Source of the DNA: an uncultured bacterium | Lineage (GTDB): Bacteria > CSSED10-310 > CAZUFC01 | DNA length: 40,120 bases | Reading direction: 5' to 3' | Assembly (NCBI GenBank): GCA_964619725.1 | Contig: CAZUFC010000080.1 | Coordinates: forward strand, 1-40,120 | Part shown: positions 36,996 through 40,120 of the stretch, one piece after another | How the letters are laid out: each line of letters opens with the position of its first letter | Position numbering within the stretch: position 1 is the first letter of the stretch | Notes under the pieces: model-generated | Database searches by the model: none | What the model was told of the DNA's origin: nothing | The model's input: the letters and a program-made list of their open reading frames with translations, nothing else | Translations under genes and position numbers: made by a program

Positions 36996-39980
36996 TTATT
37001 CATCATAAAACCAAACTGAGATTCTCTGTCGGGTATAAACGCCGGGCAATAATCCTTTTTTCATGCCGAGAGCGTATATGGTGTGTGAGAATCCCTCATT
37101 GAAGTTCATTCGATCGTTCCTGCCTGTGTCCAGTGTATTTTTCCATTTTTCATTCCTCAAGGCATAGGGGTCGTCGTAAACAGCGAAAAAGGGACCTTGC
37201 GCATCGTTCCTGACTGGGACTGCGGCGATTCCGACGGGCTGCCCTTTGCAGATGCGCGCTGCAGGCACGGTAAGGCGAAAAAGTCCCGCACGGGCTACGC
37301 CTGCAGCTTTCGGTTTTCTTATCATTTTTTTCTGTGCAAACCTCAGTTCGTAGTCGTCGCTCTTCCATTGCTGTTTTCTTGCCGGCGAAGGCTCAACCGT
37401 AAGCGCGTATTCATTGTTGACGTAGAGATTTATTTTTCCCGTTTTGTCATCCATTGCGCCGTTGAAGAAAAAAGTCGTTTCCCCGGCGCTCTTCGCGGGG
37501 GCGGAGAGCCATACTATACGTGACGGGCTTTCTTTTTCGAATTCATCTGCTTTCTCTCGTTTCGCGGGCGTCAGATATTTTGGAAACTCGTACGGAATCA
37601 GGCGTCCGGAAGGATAGAAACCCAGATAAAAATCACGGCCTGGATACATGTCCATGAGCATTGTGTCCAGGTAGAAACCGAGATAATGAGCATAAACGAT
37701 GGGGCCGTCGAAGTCGGGAGTATTCTGTGGCCATACGGAGCCGTAATCCATCCAGTGAGCGTCCAGGATTTTTTCATCCGGCCTGGTATGACCGGCATAA
37801 GTTATTCTTCTGACTATCCTGTGATCAATCTGCGCTCCGAATTCCCGCCAATTATCCTCCAGGACTTTAGGGACGACGAATACGACCGCATCGTCGATTT
37901 TCTTTTTTTTCGCGGTTTTCAGTATTTCTCCGCTTACTATATTCTGATCGCGCATATCTTTAATGATCGATCCGTACCCGGCAGGATTCCTCACAGAAAA
38001 AATCAGGATTAACGATAAAAGCGTCCATCGAAGCGGCGTCGCTGCGTGTGAAATGCTTTTACCGGCAGCGGATTTAACGCGTTCGGTAAGCCGGCCGGCT
38101 GCATTCATGGGCAGAATAAGCCCCCGCGCCGTCAGAAGCAGTATAAAAGGCAGCGCTTCAAAATAATAACGGGGTCCGTAACACAATCCATCGCTGTAAA
38201 ATAGAAAATAGGCGCCGATGATGAAAATAAAACCGGATGCCATAAACCTGTCGGATGCCGAACCTGCCGGTTTAAGCGCAGGTATGAACAGGGGAGCCAA
38301 AACCAGGAAAACAGGCCATCGAAATAAAAACGCCATCATGCTGCTGAACTGATTGTCTATATTGTGGAAACTCTTGGCGATACGATAGAGAATTTTAAAT
38401 TTTTTCTGAGCGCCGAAAGAGAGGGTGTTTGCGACCATTGTCCTGCCGGCGTATGCTTCGTATGTCGTCAGAAGAGGATCGCCGGTCAGGAGAGCGTTAT
38501 ATCCCAAAAAAACGAATCCGCTCAGAATTAAGCCTGTAAGCATACCCAGCATATGATCGCGGTTTTTTAAACGGGACTGCACGGCATCCCATATTGTGAA
38601 GACAAACATCAACAGGCCGCCGGCAAATGAAGTCAAAGGCCGCGTGGCCGCCAGCATACCCAGAAAAACGCCCGCTCCGAATCCCCGGAGAAACTTATGT
38701 CTTTTGTCGCCGCTGAAAAGACAATACAGGAATGCCAATGTATAAAACAGTCCGGCGCCGTGCGACATAAAAGTCCCATGCATTAAAAGGAAAAAGGGAG
38801 AAACCAGCCCCAGCAGGACGGCTATATTGGCTGTTTCCCTATTGTAAAGAATCAGGCCCAACCGGGACAGCAGAAGAAGACTCAGGCCTCCCAGAACAGG
38901 GTTCACCAACCACCCCAATCCCAGTTTTATGCCCGGCGCGAGCAACATGGGATAGCCGTAGGGGTAATGAGTGAACATTTTATCCTTTTTTGCGGTCAAA
39001 AATGTATGGATGAAGAACTGAGGGCATTCCGGAACAGGCGCCCATAGCCTTCCCGCTGCGAAAATTTTTGCTTGAAAAATGTAAGCTCCTGAATCCTGTA
39101 CGTGAGACCGTCCCTCCAGTATGAATAAATTGATGTAACTGCTTATGATGACTGCAGCAATCGCAGCCCCGAAAGGTATAATTACGGCTGCCTTTGTTTT
39201 ATTAACCGCCTTTTTCAATCTCAGGCAAAATGAAATTATTTTTTTCAGGCGAATGCACAGGAGCAACAACGCGCAGAAAATAAATGAAATAACAACGGCA
39301 AGCAGGACGGCGCACCCATAAATCAACAGAATTTTAGTAAGAAAGACGGCCATTCTGGAGAAAGGAGCAGGAATTGTTTTTGCTTTTTGCATTCCGACGG
39401 TATTTCCTTTTTCCACAATAGATAAATTAATATTGCGATGCAGGAAAGGACGAAATTCAAGATGCACATAATTCTCATCATCTGTCGCCAGAAGACGCAT
39501 TCCTGCAGACCAGCCTCCCAGAATATCCGCTTCAATGCGATAATTGGTCCCGAAGTTTCTGACCGTTTCGATGACGGCAAGGTCATCGGCAGTAACGGCG
39601 CCCCAGCGAATCTGCGGACTGCCCTGGACCGTTTTCCAATCCTGCAGAATACCGTTGCTGAAATTATCTTCAAAAAGAAGCTCGTCCGTTTTGCCGTCAA
39701 AGACCCTGATATAGTCCCATTCCTGGAATACGCCCGTTTTTTCAGCCCACCAGTTGCTTTCGCCCAGCGTAATTAATTCCAGGCCGATATGTCCTTCCCG
39801 CCACGGGGGAGCTTCGATTTTGACGGCTTCGGTTCCATCGAAGACAACGCTTATTTCATGAGGGTTTACTTCAATCGCAAGATGATAACGGCCGGCTGAA
39901 CGGAAAAAGAAAAAGAGAGCGACCAGAAAAACATGGACAACAAGAAGGATGGAGTATTTAATCTTAATGCGTTTCGTCAC
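36996..39980 (-). CDS. GT-C fold membrane glycosyltransferase (ArnT/PMT-like) with extra extracytoplasmic beta-rich domains
   Basis: HVQDSGAYIFQAKIFA, YPYGYP..LA, SPFFL...TFMSH, TRP, YN..LTGDPL, YGPRYYFE; N-terminal lectin/ConA-like region (LFEDNFS...W). GTG start. Confidence 0.8.
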   Translation of the reverse strand: MTKRIKIKYSILLVVHVFLVALFFFFRSAGRYHLAIEVNPHEISVVFDGTEAVKIEAPPWREGHIGLELITLGESNWWAEKTGVFQEWDYIRVFDGKTDELLFEDNFSNGILQDWKTVQGSPQIRWGAVTADDLAVIETVRNFGTNYRIEADILGGWSAGMRLLATDDENYVHLEFRPFLHRNINLSIVEKGNTVGMQKAKTIPAPFSRMAVFLTKILLIYGCAVLLAVVISFIFCALLLLCIRLKKIISFCLRLKKAVNKTKAAVIIPFGAAIAAVIISSYINLFILEGRSHVQDSGAYIFQAKIFAAGRLWAPVPECPQFFIHTFLTAKKDKMFTHYPYGYPMLLAPGIKLGLGWLVNPVLGGLSLLLLSRLGLILYNRETANIAVLLGLVSPFFLLMHGTFMSHGAGLFYTLAFLYCLFSGDKRHKFLRGFGAGVFLGMLAATRPLTSFAGGLLMFVFTIWDAVQSRLKNRDHMLGMLTGLILSGFVFLGYNALLTGDPLLTTYEAYAGRTMVANTLSFGAQKKFKILYRIAKSFHNIDNQFSSMMAFLFRWPVFLVLAPLFIPALKPAGSASDRFMASGFIFIIGAYFLFYSDGLCYGPRYYFEALPFILLLTARGLILPMNAAGRLTERVKSAAGKSISHAATPLRWTLLSLILIFSVRNPAGYGSIIKDMRDQNIVSGEILKTAKKKKIDDAVVFVVPKVLEDNWREFGAQIDHRIVRRITYAGHTRPDEKILDAHWMDYGSVWPQNTPDFDGPIVYAHYLGFYLDTMLMDMYPGRDFYLGFYPSGRLIPYEFPKYLTPAKREKADEFEKESPSRIVWLSAPAKSAGETTFFFNGAMDDKTGKINLYVNNEYALTVEPSPARKQQWKSDDYELRFAQKKMIRKPKAAGVARAGLFRLTVPAARICKGQPVGIAAVPVRNDAQGPFFAVYDDPYALRNEKWKNTLDTGRNDRMNFNEGFSHTIYALGMKKGLLPGVYTRQRISVWFYDE

Positions 39981-40120
39981 GTCCTGACGTATCCCGGAAA
40001 AAAGTCATCGTCTAAAGCCGTTCTATTTTATTCCAGTTTTACCGTTTTGTCCAAGCATATCAGGTTTCTGAGCTTTTTCCGCTGTGCAGGATTTTGGAGA
40101 AAAATTTTTCCAAGTATTCC

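Overview
Bacterial 40-kb window; the taxon cannot be determined from the sequence. The left part holds uvrA, a NodB-type deacetylase, a radical SAM/SPASM enzyme and a translationally coupled pair of STAND-like P-loop NTPases, the second degenerate and fused to an intact Hanks Ser/Thr kinase. Next come a stand-alone PilB/GspE N2D-like domain, an RseC/MucC protein, a DUF4920-like protein, two coupled GAF-containing sigma54 activators that both lack canonical GAFTGA, an orphan circularly permuted ATP-grasp ligase and a secreted Asp-box protein with an IPTL-CTERM-like tail. The right 18.4 kb (21547-39980, minus strand) is the most notable part. It is a co-oriented cluster of GT-C glycosyltransferase, Wzx flippase, AlkP-superfamily enzyme, GNAT, a 2898-aa iterative PKS (ER'-ER-KS-AT-ACP-KR-DH-PPTase), a free ACP and a CapK/PaaK-like adenylating enzyme. 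This suggests polyketide/fatty-acyl decoration of a surface glycan (inference). Intergenic DNA holds at least two dispersed MITE/REP-like repeat families. One family has TGATCAAA termini and a variable hexamer array; two copies bracket a 1.5-kb two-gene segment in inverted orientation, and another supplies the -35 box of an apparent leaderless promoter upstream of the GNAT-PKS genes. No RNA genes, CRISPR arrays or transposases were recognised.
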